Positions 11,908 to 23,436 of a stretch of 45,362 bases of DNA are shown in pieces. The notes beneath the pieces were generated by a model that made no database searches, had not been told where the DNA came from, and saw only the letters and a program-made list of their open reading frames with translations. How positions within the stretch are numbered: position 1 is the stretch's first letter; the number at the start of each line of letters is the position of its first letter. Origin of the DNA: Nemertoderma westbladi (Eukaryota; Animalia; Xenacoelomorpha); assembly GCA_032718475.1 (NCBI GenBank), contig JAUCBJ010000079.1:1-45362 (forward strand), written 5' to 3'. Made by a program: the position numbers and the translations under genes.

Positions 11908-12946
11908 TGTCTTTGTGTGCTGTATGTCAGTCTATAAATCATTGCAGTTCTTTTACAGAGTTTACCACGTAATAGTACTTTGAATAATAAACATAATCTT
12001 CGGTTGTGCTATCTTCTCTTAGCACAACCAATCACCACCAACCATTGTAGTAAATATTATATTCAAACACACAGTACTACTGTACCGTACAGTAGGGTTG
12101 TATATTACCAGTACTTACAGTACATTATATTGTAATAAGGGTTTAAATTTGTAGTACATTTTAATTTTTTTATTACCAAAATTATTATGCTCACAATTAA
12201 TCATAACATAATAATTCACTAATAAGTATAATATTAAGCCAAAATATAGGCAAATAATATATAAATACATAATAATATATACAAAAATATATAATAACCA
12301 AGTATTATATAAAAATATGTGACTATTTATTCAAATCTACTAAATATTCAAATTCTACATATTGTTATTGTTGGAGTAGGGCCTGTATTTATTCACCTAG
12401 AATCTTATAAGTCTATCATTTATGAATAATTTAACTTTTAATCCGAATAATTGAGCTTTTTTTTACTAAAGTTCCAGAAGGAATATTAAATGTTTCTTCT
12501 AAACAGATAACTAGTAAATCAACGTTTTAGCAATTTTATTCATATCTGTACCGTGAGAGCCTTTTTTATGAAAAGGGCCCCGTACAATTGTAAATTATAG
12601 TGCTGCTCTAAGGCTTTTCAAAAATCAGACTAGCTCTTAAGTTTTGGGTAATGACTTGAATTTGAGAAAACTGCTTGCAGATTTGAAATCTACATTAAAT
12701 TCGGCACATGATAGAATAAAAAAAGTTTTTTGTCAATTTCCAATATAGGGGGGGTGCTACCCCCTCTCCCCTTATGTTGTTCGAATATGAAATACATAAC
12801 GAAGCCTTATAATTTTAGAATGCGCGGATTCCAATGATGGCTGCCCCGGTTGGGCGGCAGCAGGTGAATGTGGATACAATGCGGTCTGGATGCTCCCCAA
12901 CTGCCAACTCTCCTGTAATCAGTGCAACCCAGGTTGGTTTCGTGTG

Positions 12947-13095
12947 AAGTTAGGACAATTCGTACGCGGAAAATTCGTACCGGACAATTCGTACCCGGAA
13001 AAATCATTTTTTTCAAAATTAAAATATTCAAAATTTTTTTATCCGGACGAAATTGTCCGGTACGAATTGTCCGGGTAGGAATTGTCCAGAGACCG
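12947..13095. mobile_element. Small foldback-type element: GGACAATTCGTACC-like repeats facing inverted GGTACGAATTGTCC-like repeats
   Basis: About three 15-16-bp units on each arm in inverted orientation. Possible degenerate 9-bp TSD TTTCGTGTG/CTCCGTGTG. Confidence 0.5.
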
Positions 13096-13493
13096 CTCCG
13101 TGTGTATCGTAGCAGCTTTATTTACTTTTATCCAAAGTCCTGGCACGTGACTAAAGTCTATATATTCGTGATATTTTCTCCCGAATCTACTTCCATCATT
13201 AAAACAACCTATACTCTATTGTAAAGTAAAGAAGCAGCATAGCATTATGAGAGCGCGTGCCTCTTTATGTAAAGGTCCGAAATGGGCGCATTTGGGGTGA
13301 CAACCCAATAATAAAGTCAACGTTAGATTGAGCTTTTTGTTGATGACGCACTAATGGACCAATCGAGGCATTATTGATTGTTTGGTGTTGTTTCTTTTTA
13401 CTATTTATATCGACAAGTCATTAAATTATTATTAATAATAATACTTAGAAAACAATCTGATAATCAAATGAATTTATTGTTATTATTTACTAG

Positions 13494-13531
13494 TCTCTGA
13501 TCACATTGCCGCCAACGAGAAAATGCACAGT
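13494..13531 (+). pseudogene. 5' fragment of a B-type (bulb-type, GNA-like) lectin exon interrupted by element B
   Basis: T-rich tract plus TAG acceptor at 13491-13493. Reads SDHIAANEKMHS and joins in frame to 28634 once the element and one TSD copy are removed. Confidence 0.8.
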
Positions 13532-14763
13532 TGTTCGCGCTTTCAGACCTTTGGCAGTTTAACCCGCCAAATTAGGATGTCTTCTAGATAATAAATCACC
13601 TTTAGTCTATGACAAGTATTTAATTCACTACACTAGTCGAAACCAATCTGTGCGCGATCATTCACCCGTTGGATATACCCGGGAGATTGATTTCGACGGC
13701 TTAATTTTATTGCTATGTAAGCCTAATGTATTATTCGACTGACAGTATTATATAATCTCTGACAATATTATTCACCTTCGGGGAATATTAACAGTTCCTT
13801 TAGGACGTGGCGCTTTTTCTATACAAACAGAGTTATGACTTAAACTACTCACAACGATATGGCTTAGTTATAATTCACATATATGGCGCATTCTTTAGGA
13901 AATGCTTCGTTATCAGTCTCACTCATACACAATGCTGCACAATACTGCACACTGATCTGCCGATCTTCACTGATTTTAGTCACGTATAAAAGGAACACGG
14001 ACCGAATCATGTAGGGTCTATCAAATAACATTAGATTCACTTCAAACCACTCAACATAGGTCGCAATCATTTATCTGTAACCTTTCTCTCTTACCTTCGG
14101 TATATCAAGAATATTGGGTTTTCGGGGTTATTTGTCGTTATTCCAAATATAATAATTCATCCACCATATTATGAAGAACCGACAGTAAATAGCAGTATAA
14201 CAATATAAAAGTATGCACAGTGTTACACAGTATGCAGTGTATGCAGTACTGCAGTATGCAGACATCAGACATCAAACATCAGACATCAGACATCAGAGTG
14301 CAATATGCAGATAACGGATATATGTCCTTATAATTAAGCCTACTAGTGTAGGACTAAAAACTGAAAACACGGAGGTGCCAAAAGCCGGTTCTTAGGCTCT
14401 GGGCAAAACATAACACTGAACTACTGAGTTTCTGTATACACCTCCAACACAGAGACAACAAACGCTCTGATTGGTCAACCTGAACAACGAGAGAACAAAG
14501 AAACAAAGAAACGTCGACGTGGCAATATCAGCTGCTAGCCGTCGTCATGGTAGCGACACTGTTTTCAAGAGTATCGAGCTTTTACGTCACGGAATTACGG
14601 ATTATGTCCTCTAAAGTACAAATACAGTACAAATACATAAGAAATGACTTTTATGTCCTCTAAAACACCAGTACAGCAAGGACACGGCCTTTTTATGCCT
14701 GGCAAACCAACTACAGAGTACTTTAAGGGAAAATAACCGGCTAATTACGCAAAAGCTTTTACA
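13532..14763 (-). repeat. 3' LTR of element B (1232 bp)
   Basis: Direct repeat of 27390-28628. By eye it differs by two substitutions and one 7-bp GCAGTAT unit. Confidence 0.97.
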
Positions 14764-14841
14764 CCGCTCCCAGAAAATGGGATTTAAGTCTATAAAATAT
14801 AACAAATCACAGTTTCTAAAATATAAAGATACTCTAAACAG

Positions 14842-15003
14842 TTAGTCTTTCTTACGCAGACGGCGTTTACGCAGTTTTTTGAGGCTAGCAAGAGTCTTTT
14901 CTCTTTGGGGGGAGCCACTTTACTAGGAGGGCCATAACTCCTGGGTGAAGGGTGCAATATGATTGCATCAGAAGGTGTAGGATTGTGGTCGAGGTATCTG
15001 CCG
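14842..15003 (-). pseudogene. Remnant C-terminus of the accessory ORF in element B
   Basis: Translates to DHNPTPSDAIILHPSPRSYGPPSKVAPPKEK, then a 1-bp frameshift, then TLASLKKLRKRRLRKKD*. Near-identical to the end of ORF 1473-2171. Confidence 0.9.
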
Positions 15004-17781
15004 TTTCGATATGCTTCTCCTCGAGCTGATTTTCCTCCGCTCGTAGCTGGATACGTTCATCCAAAAACTCTCGCAGAGAATAGGATCGTCCAAGTTCGAT
15101 AACTTCTTAGAGATTCTGGATTTCCCAATCGAATTGAGATAAGGCCAATTCGTTTATCGATTGGACTTACTGTTATAACTTACGTTTATCTGAACAAACG
15201 CAGGTTTCCTTTTTGATCTTTATAGAATAGCGTTTAACTCGTTTCGTACAACGCTCTCCTTCACCTTGATGAGGGGTTGTATCACGTTAAACGTGGACGA
15301 CCATACGGTTGGATAGTGATATTAGGTGTCCGCGTCACAATCCGGCTAGGTAAGATGGGCGGCTAGCTAGAAATCACTGTCGGAGTGTTACCGATTAATT
15401 GTTAGGGTAGCACTAGATCTTTGAACAGTGAATACAGTCCGCGAGGATCCGCGACACCACCAGGATCGCAGGTCTGGGGTCCAACTAAGGAATGAGGAGG
15501 TTTGACCGAGTATTCCGGGACTCTGATCGTAGGTTTACTCCAGGATCGTTCGAGCCGAGTGAGCATAGGTGATACGTCAACAAGTTTCGGTTTACGTGGA
15601 TGTTTATGTCTTTCCGTTTATTAGTTGGGTCTAGGGCATTTATCGTAATAATACCAAAGACGCACGTCTGGTAGGGTAAACGCGGGTGATATTTATTTGT
15701 TGTTACAATGCTTCTATCAAGAATTCCAAATATACGTTGGAGTTACCACGTTTATTTGTTTCTTTAATGTCTTTTCTTTCGAGCCGATTTCGAATAGAAT
15801 TTTCGCATTCGAATTTCAGTTTATGGTTCCGACTCCGCTGGGCAGGATATATAGTCGACATAGTCCGTATTGTGTAAATTGATAGAATGACCAGTAGTTA
15901 AGAAGCCCATATACGTACCATTACGCTGCGTATATCGAGCAGCGAATTTTCTATAGTCCAACTCTCGCGAGAGCTGCACTTGGGACATTGTCGGTTCGAT
16001 ATAACGACCATCGTCCTCTGCAGCAGTTGGACTAACGTCGCCGCGTATTAAGCTATCAACAAACGCTTGTAAAAGTAGAGTATATCGCTCCCCGATACCA
16101 AGACCATCTTCTATCAACTCCGTCATGTCTGCTATATATGAGTTTATCCACATTATAAGGAGTTTATATTTAGGCTAGCGAGCGTCGCTGCCTACTCCAA
16201 TTAACCCCCGGACAGTACGAGATCCTCAGCGCCGATGTGTCGTCGCCGCTGTACTTTCGCCAACGACGTAGCCGCACAACGACAACGACAACCGGCACAA
16301 GTCACTCGACTGTCCGTCCCAAAGGCTTAGATGTACTTCAGGTTTTCCTTGGAGAGTTAGGTTACTTTTACGATTGCGACTAGCTACTGTAAACACACCT
16401 TAGCAGTAACATTCACCTATAAACTCACAAATACCACACACAACTTGTCACAAATTACACACATTCGGGCCATTTGTCCGTTAGTCAATGCCTTCCAGAA
16501 TGTCACTGTATTATTATGTATCCTTGGATACTAGCAGTGCGCTATTTATTCCCTATGCTATTCAATGGGCAAGCTTTCTATTGTTCTTTTAACTCCATTC
16601 TAATTCTAGCGTGGTTGTTGCTATGGTGACATTATGCAAAGCTAGCGGTAGAATTAGGGTAATTTCCAATGCATACAGATCTGGGATGTTATTTAATAGT
16701 AATTCTTTAATAGTCAATGTCCTGTTTATACATGACTTTATGAATTTTATCGGCTATTGACTATGTTTGGGAGACTTTCGTACACGCATACGCATAATAA
16801 TATAAATCTCCGCTCCCTTGATCTATTAATTAATGGAATTTTGGGGATGTTATAAATTGCGTAAAAATGGCAATTTATTAAATTCATTAAAAGGCATGAA
16901 TTTAAATTTATTCCCTGAAATTTTATTATTTGATAATTAAATGGACATATTTTGATTCTAGAACATGTCTAGGGACACAAGATCCTTAATTCTAAGAAAA
17001 TTGTCTCTTTAAGAATATCGGTAAATGCTACGATATCTTAATTGACTAAAATTGTTGAAGGATCTGAATTTTACAGATTTTGACTTATTTGATTTGTAAA
17101 TATTAACTAATTAATATTTGAGATGGGCACCGATTTATTCCAGAACTTGTCTGGGGACGTTAACCACTGATTCTATAATTTGTCTTTCAAGTATATCGGT
17201 GGGTGCCACGATATCTTAATCGACTAGAATTACAGATGGTCAAAGGGTTTAACAGATTTATTTTGCGTTATACGCTACTGTTAAAGGGACATCACGCTAC
17301 TATATGTATTATTTAATATACGGTATGAGAGCAATATCGCACGAAGCAATGTCAGTGTGAAGAGGCAAGTCGTTTCCAAGGTCTACCCAGAGCTTGGTTT
17401 AGCCGAGACACGAGGATCTGAACTTTGCATTCCTAATACTCTGCCTACCAATAATACTTAAATATAGTAGTGGCTTTATTGTACTTTAATAAGTACGGAC
17501 ATTTCATCTTACTGTAGTTACGTATTTGTAATGTAATACGGACAGTAAGGAAGAAGGAAAAGAATTATTTCTTGCCGTCGCATTAAATATAATATATACG
17601 TAATTAAGTAATATACGCGAATATATATTGCACTAATCTACTAAATAATCGCTAAAATAACATTCTACTGAATAAAATTAAAGAAAACGATTATAATAGA
17701 ATTACATAGTAATACATACATAAATATAAAAATAATAAAATAATATAAAATAATAGAGTCACACACCCACTCCATATGTTG

Positions 17782-20700
17782 TTACGTTATGGAGTCCCTA
17801 GATGTTTGAAGGATTAGGGAGGTGGTCGTGGGAAGAGAATCTTGCCTTCCACAGTTTCCGGAGAGTCCTCCATTCCCTTCCGATAAACACAAACGACCGA
17901 CTGGGTGATTGAGTCGCTGCATCCTGAATACAATTCCAGGTTTCCTCTTCGTCCTGGAATAGTGACGATAGAAACATCGCTCAAAGTATATGACGGCGTC
18001 ACAAAGCCGATTCCAGGAGCTATAGTGGTCCGTCGCTCTCTGCAGGAGAGGTGAGAGTCCCTGCGAGACGTCTGATGTTCCAGAGCTCCAATCGCTCTCT
18101 CTGATCTTCATGAAGGATCCACTCGCGGTGGGGAGGCCCAGATCCACGGCGTCGTCCCTGGCAACATGTAATACCGACAGATCTATCCCGGGTTCAAATA
18201 ACTCCGATCCACCCGTCCGGGTTTCAGGTTCGACTTTCTCCGCTCCCTTGGCTGGTCTAATCTCAGTCGGAGTAAGATGGGGAGGCCATTCATTCTCCTT
18301 ACTCAGGAAGTCGGGTTCACCTAACCGGTCTGTAGTATCTGTCAGTTCTTGAGGAGTTGCTCCTCTGGAAGCGATGTCCGTTGGATTAAACTTCTTGGGG
18401 CAATATCTCCATTGATCTACATTGGAGCTAAGATTGTCATTATCTGAGGAGTGTGGTGTTCCCTCAGTTGGGTCGTCTCCCTCACTAGTATCATCTTCCC
18501 ATTCACTCACCTGGCAGACGCGATCTTGAAGCAGTCTTTCCCTGAGCGTTCTACGGGAAGGTCCAGTAAGGTACCAACCTACTCTAGTTCTTACCGCATA
18601 GGTCTGTAGTGGCTGCGGTTGAGCAGGCCGTTTCTCTAATGTCTCCAGCGCCTCATGCGCGTTTTGGCCGATGAGTATTTGCACTCCAGGATAATCAGTC
18701 TGGAATCGAGGTATGTTAAGATGTTGGATGCTCTCATCCTCGTCCCAATTATAAAGGTCTGCTTGAGTAGTAGCGAAGTTCTTTATAGCCACCATTTTCA
18801 CTGACCTGATGCTATGTTCTCCTAGTTCGTCCTGGGGGGTGGACAACTCACCTATATAATAGTCGGCAGCTACAGTAGAATTCCAAACCTGCATGATCCC
18901 TGACATGTTTAGCTTGGTTCGGAACTTGGGTTGTCCAGCAAAGATGACTTCGGCTAGTTCTTTATCGATGAATGTTCCTGTGCTACCGGAGTCCAGGAGG
19001 GCGTTCACTATATAGCTCTTCTGAGGTCCGTGGACCCGTAACTGGACTACAGGAAATTCTCGGATTCCTATATTGGAAGTTGGCGCTTTCCAAGATGGTT
19101 GTTGATCGGAAGTAGTTAAGGTAAGGTCGCTGTCTGTGTCTTTCTCATACACAAGTGCTCGATACACTGCGGTGGTGTTTATTAGGTAACAGGATTCGTT
19201 TTGGTCGGAGAACTCGTCCGTATAGAATCCTTCCATCTCAGATTGATCAGTGTCGTTCACATCACTGAATTGGACATGTAGTTCGGACTCACTTACCTGA
19301 CTCGGGCTGTTTCGTTCGAATTCCGTGTGCAACAAGATATGATGTTTTGCGCCGCACTTTGCACACCTTGCGTCGGAGTTACAGGTTCGCCGTTGGTGTC
19401 CTCGTCTGAGGCAATTATAACACAACCGCTTATCCCACATGACTTCACGTCTATCCTTTAGTGATTTCCTCAGGAATTTATCACACGCATTTAAACGGTG
19501 GGGCCCGTCGCACAGCACACATTTCGGCTTGATGTTACTTACTTTAACCTGTGCTATGTGGTGCACACTTGTTCTTTCCTCGGGCTTTCTCACCTGAATT
19601 CTTTTAGGAGACGTAGGAAGGGTTTTTTGTACCGGTTCCCTTCTGTCATTGGGTCGAGACTCGGATTTACTTACCTGATCTTTAGGCATTTTATTGACAT
19701 AATAAGATCTGTCAGTGTCTTTCCCGCTGTCCTCTCCTTGAGAAGTTTGGCTTTCACCGTCGTCGGTATAACATACTGGTGTTACCCTTCTCCTAGAAAC
19801 GGGTTTCTCACTTACCTTGTTTTCCAATGTCTTCTCTCTGGACTGCCTTAGGAGCTGTAATTTCACTTCTCCATCTAAGAATGACATGAGATCAGCCATG
19901 GTAGGGTCTCGTCGTTGTTGTTCCATCATATATAACACTTTCTTATCCCAGCGTGTACCTACTCCACCCTTCGGTAAAGCAGAAGCCACTGCTCTAATAA
20001 CCATAGCACTCTGATACTCATGAGACTTACCTAGCCAATCTAATTGTCTGCAGATCTCCTGAATTTCATCGGAAAACTCTATAATCCCGCTACTAATAAA
20101 CTTTCGGGGCGCTACCAACTTTGCATACAAATACCCAGCTATGTTATTCCTATTACCATACCTGATGTTTAGTGTATCCCAAACTTGTCTTAATCCGTCT
20201 GGATGTCCAATAAACCTTAACGCCATTAACTTGGGAGATCCTTCCAAGCACTCGATGAGGTATCTAAGTTTTTCTCCATTAGATAGTACGGAGTTCTGTA
20301 TGTTATCTTTGTAATATTCATTAAAAGGTAACCATTTCATCTCATCTCCATTGAACTTAACGATCTCTCCCACCTTTACCGCTTGCCGGGCTTCGGTTCT
20401 AGCCATTTGACGCGTAAAACTTTCTTGGGCCATCGTGCTATTTAATATCGAGTTATCGGTGTATAAATTTCTCGGATTATGATCAGTTCTATAGGGAATA
20501 TCATTATCAACAGGTCTATAATTACCCTTAATAGGGTTCACTATAGGAGTTTCTACTTCGCTAGCAGTATAAATGCGTGTAGGCTCCACACCTTGCGCAT
20601 GAAATACTTCAGACCTAACGGGTTGACACATTGTTACAGGGGGTGGTGTTATACCCCTTTGTATGTTCACTAATTTATCGCATTCTAACGCGATACTTTG

Positions 20701-21210
20701 CTGCACCTTTTGCAACTCTAACCTACTTTCCCTTACTGTTCCCTTGAGCTGCTGAACAGTCTCTTCCATTTCCCGGACCTGCTGAGAGGAGCACAAACAG
20801 TGTTCCCTCAGCTGCTCGAGCAGGAGACCCATCTCCCGTCGTCCCTCAGCTACCCACTCAACCGCCGAAGCGGGAGTCGCCAACGTTGTAGCGGGCGAGC
20901 GAGAGACGACGGGCGATAAATTCTTAATATCTCGCTCGGCGTCCAGGATGGGTTCGGACTCGGGAACAGTCCTACTGGGCACAGGTAGTTTAGTACTGTA
21001 CAAAGGGAATTTATAGGCAGGTTCTGGGAGTACAGGTGTCTCTATCTTTCTTTCCGCTTCTACTGTTGCCATTGCCTCTGCCGCCTTTCTTTTCGCTTCT
21101 GCTGTTGCCATTGCCTCTGCCATCTTCCTTTCAAGACCCTGTCCAAGTCTAAGGCTGATTCTAATACCTTCCAAAAGACTATCTGACAGTGCCCGTTTTG
21201 TGTCAGACAT
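17782..21210 (-). CDS. gag-pro: BEL/Pao Gag-protease fused in frame to an RNase H C-terminal remnant (1142 aa)
   Basis: DUF1759-like KFNGDEMKWLPF...EKLRYL...RYGN, a triple Cys/His knuckle (CVLCDGPH, CYNCLRRGH, CAKCGAKHHILLH), protease ALLDSGS, then QWRYCPKKFNPTDIASRG and YSSWNRL with no RT. Confidence 0.93.
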   Translation of the reverse strand: MSDTKRALSDSLLEGIRISLRLGQGLERKMAEAMATAEAKRKAAEAMATVEAERKIETPVLPEPAYKFPLYSTKLPVPSRTVPESEPILDAERDIKNLSPVVSRSPATTLATPASAVEWVAEGRREMGLLLEQLREHCLCSSQQVREMEETVQQLKGTVRESRLELQKVQQSIALECDKLVNIQRGITPPPVTMCQPVRSEVFHAQGVEPTRIYTASEVETPIVNPIKGNYRPVDNDIPYRTDHNPRNLYTDNSILNSTMAQESFTRQMARTEARQAVKVGEIVKFNGDEMKWLPFNEYYKDNIQNSVLSNGEKLRYLIECLEGSPKLMALRFIGHPDGLRQVWDTLNIRYGNRNNIAGYLYAKLVAPRKFISSGIIEFSDEIQEICRQLDWLGKSHEYQSAMVIRAVASALPKGGVGTRWDKKVLYMMEQQRRDPTMADLMSFLDGEVKLQLLRQSREKTLENKVSEKPVSRRRVTPVCYTDDGESQTSQGEDSGKDTDRSYYVNKMPKDQVSKSESRPNDRREPVQKTLPTSPKRIQVRKPEERTSVHHIAQVKVSNIKPKCVLCDGPHRLNACDKFLRKSLKDRREVMWDKRLCYNCLRRGHQRRTCNSDARCAKCGAKHHILLHTEFERNSPSQVSESELHVQFSDVNDTDQSEMEGFYTDEFSDQNESCYLINTTAVYRALVYEKDTDSDLTLTTSDQQPSWKAPTSNIGIREFPVVQLRVHGPQKSYIVNALLDSGSTGTFIDKELAEVIFAGQPKFRTKLNMSGIMQVWNSTVAADYYIGELSTPQDELGEHSIRSVKMVAIKNFATTQADLYNWDEDESIQHLNIPRFQTDYPGVQILIGQNAHEALETLEKRPAQPQPLQTYAVRTRVGWYLTGPSRRTLRERLLQDRVCQVSEWEDDTSEGDDPTEGTPHSSDNDNLSSNVDQWRYCPKKFNPTDIASRGATPQELTDTTDRLGEPDFLSKENEWPPHLTPTEIRPAKGAEKVEPETRTGGSELFEPGIDLSVLHVARDDAVDLGLPTASGSFMKIRESDWSSGTSDVSQGLSPLLQRATDHYSSWNRLCDAVIYFERCFYRHYSRTKRKPGIVFRMQRLNHPVGRLCLSEGNGGLSGNCGRQDSLPTTTSLILQTSRDSIT

Positions 21211-21339
21211 TTTTGTTTGTACAGTTGAATGCCTACTGCTATATTACAGTCTAAGCAAGTCTAGTAATTCAGTATTAACTGCTAGCCTAGTAATTAATTA
21301 CCGATACTGCTACTCAGTGTAGCGTGATATATATATAAT

Positions 21340-21590
21340 ATATTAGAATACCGGTATGCTTATAGTATATATAAGTATTATTACAGACTAGGTTTATCTC
21401 AGAATACCGGTATAATTTTAGCACAAATATATATAAATATATAATAGGCCTATCGGGAATACCGGTATACAGCTTACAATTTGTAGTATATATAATTCTG
21501 GACTAGAATTAATTACAAGTACCGGTATAATTTCAGCCTAAATTTACAGAAATAAAGATAATAGGCCTATCGTAAATACCGGTATATCAA
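21340..21590. repeat. Five ~57-bp degenerate tandem units, each containing the palindrome (A)TACCGGTA(T), in the 5' leader of B
   Basis: Motif at ~21348, 21404, 21459, 21520 and 21576. Confidence 0.8.
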
Positions 21591-23436
21591 TTATTTTAAA
21601 TAATTGAATTTCTGAACTTTAGGGTTACTTTGTTACTTTACTTACTTTATTACCGTTATTTGAACAGTAGTCCAACTGATATTGAGACCTAATGGTTATA
21701 TGGTAGGCCTACTATTTATAAATCGTTAGATTTGATTTATAATATATATATACCCGTTTTAATGGGCTTTGTCAATATTTGAAATAAATGTTATTATTTC
21801 TGGGGAGTAATCACTACACAAAGCGGTGCGCTTTCAGTGAAGTGTTACTTACAGGACACTAAAACAAATAATACTAATTTACCTAAGTTACTTAATACTA
21901 CTAATTACGTACAATTCGGGTGAGATTACAATCTCTAAATAAACACAAAAATTTACAAAAACACAAATACGAATTTTTAGGGTAATTTTACAAGAAGTCT
22001 ACAAACCAGCCTAACAAAGGGTTAGAAAACTGATTATTACAACGGACAGGGTACTACGGTATTTGAAATAATAAGTAGTAGTAAATACACTGCGTTGTCT
22101 AGATAGAAAAATACCACCGCCTGACGACCTATAGCCGTATCGCTATAGGTTCTACGTTATGTATCACGGAGTGTTCCTACCTAGAAGTTAATAGAGCTAA
22201 TCGAATGTGCCTATCAACCACTTTACAACACAAATATAATGCCTACACTAATTACTTCGGAAAGTACTGTACACTAAACCCTAAATTAGGTACGAGTACT
22301 TGTACAACAGATAATCAGTAGTTAAATATACTTGAACAGCTAAAGGAACCACGGCATCTGCTGGAGTGACCGATGCACAAAATCACCAGTCTTTACCTAC
22401 GCCGAGCAGCCCGTGTAGTACCGGGGTTAATTTAACTATAGCGGTATGTATAACAAACACAATTACTGTAGGAACAAACTTGGGGAATGAATGTTGCGGA
22501 TAATCGCATAAACTCTGAATAATAAATATTACGCTACGCGTACAAACTACTCAAACAAAATACAGACCGAACACTGACAGACTACTATCAAGCCTAAACA
22601 AACTACGGTATATGCAGACTCCGAAATGATTAGGGAGTATGCGCTCTAACCCAGTAGTGCGACTTATTCTTTAGTTGGGGGTTTACCTTACAGCGTTCGC
22701 TGCCCCTACTTCCTAACCGTACTTAATCAGACAAATGATCTACACACGCTGCAATCCGTTCCCAGGTAGCACAGGACGTCCACGAAAGAAATCGAACGTT
22801 CATATTTGGTACTTTTTTTATGCGAATCTGAACATCAATGAAATATTGTTCAAAATTGGTAAAAATTGCTGACGTTGTGAGTAATTTACCAAATTGTGAC
22901 GTTCACATTAGGTAATTTAACGTCCTAACTTTAAAGAAATTGAATATGTACCAAAACAAACGAATATTGAACGTTCAAATTGCGTCCAGTTATGCGTTCA
23001 TTTTCTTGTACCTAAATATGTACGTTGTTTGAACATTTATGAACGTTCAAACATAATTTACTTTAACTTGTTATGTCAACGGCATGTTCAAACTTGTTCG
23101 TGATACAATTATCTGACTATTTATTATTTTGCAATTATTTTTTATGTTGGTTAGCCTACTCCTTGTATGGTTGGTGTGGTTCCGCTTAGTTATACCTGGA
23201 CTAATGGTTCATTCTCAATACAAAACAATTTAATTAACTTTTTTTTTAAACACTTATTTTTTTTTTTTAATTTAAACAATTTAAAACAATTTTAAGTAAT
23301 CGAAAAATTATTCACACAACAAAACATTGATAACCAATACAATGCTGACGCATTTTTAAACATTTTAAACAACAAATAACATCAAAATTAGACAAAGGTG
23401 ATTCTACTGATTACTAAAGCTAATACACTAGTACTA

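Noticed and set aside
10898-11972. CRISPR array or repetitive proteins in the 31-bp repeat
   Set aside because: Units are contiguous with no unique spacers and no cas genes, and the context is eukaryotic. The ORFs are by-products of the satellite.
13807-14070. Short ORFs duplicated at 27665-27928
   Set aside because: They lie inside the LTRs and are duplicated only for that reason; no coding signature.
17767-17779. CACTCCATATGT shared with 33034-33045 in LTR C
   Set aside because: An isolated 12-mer in opposite element orientations with no extension; likely chance.
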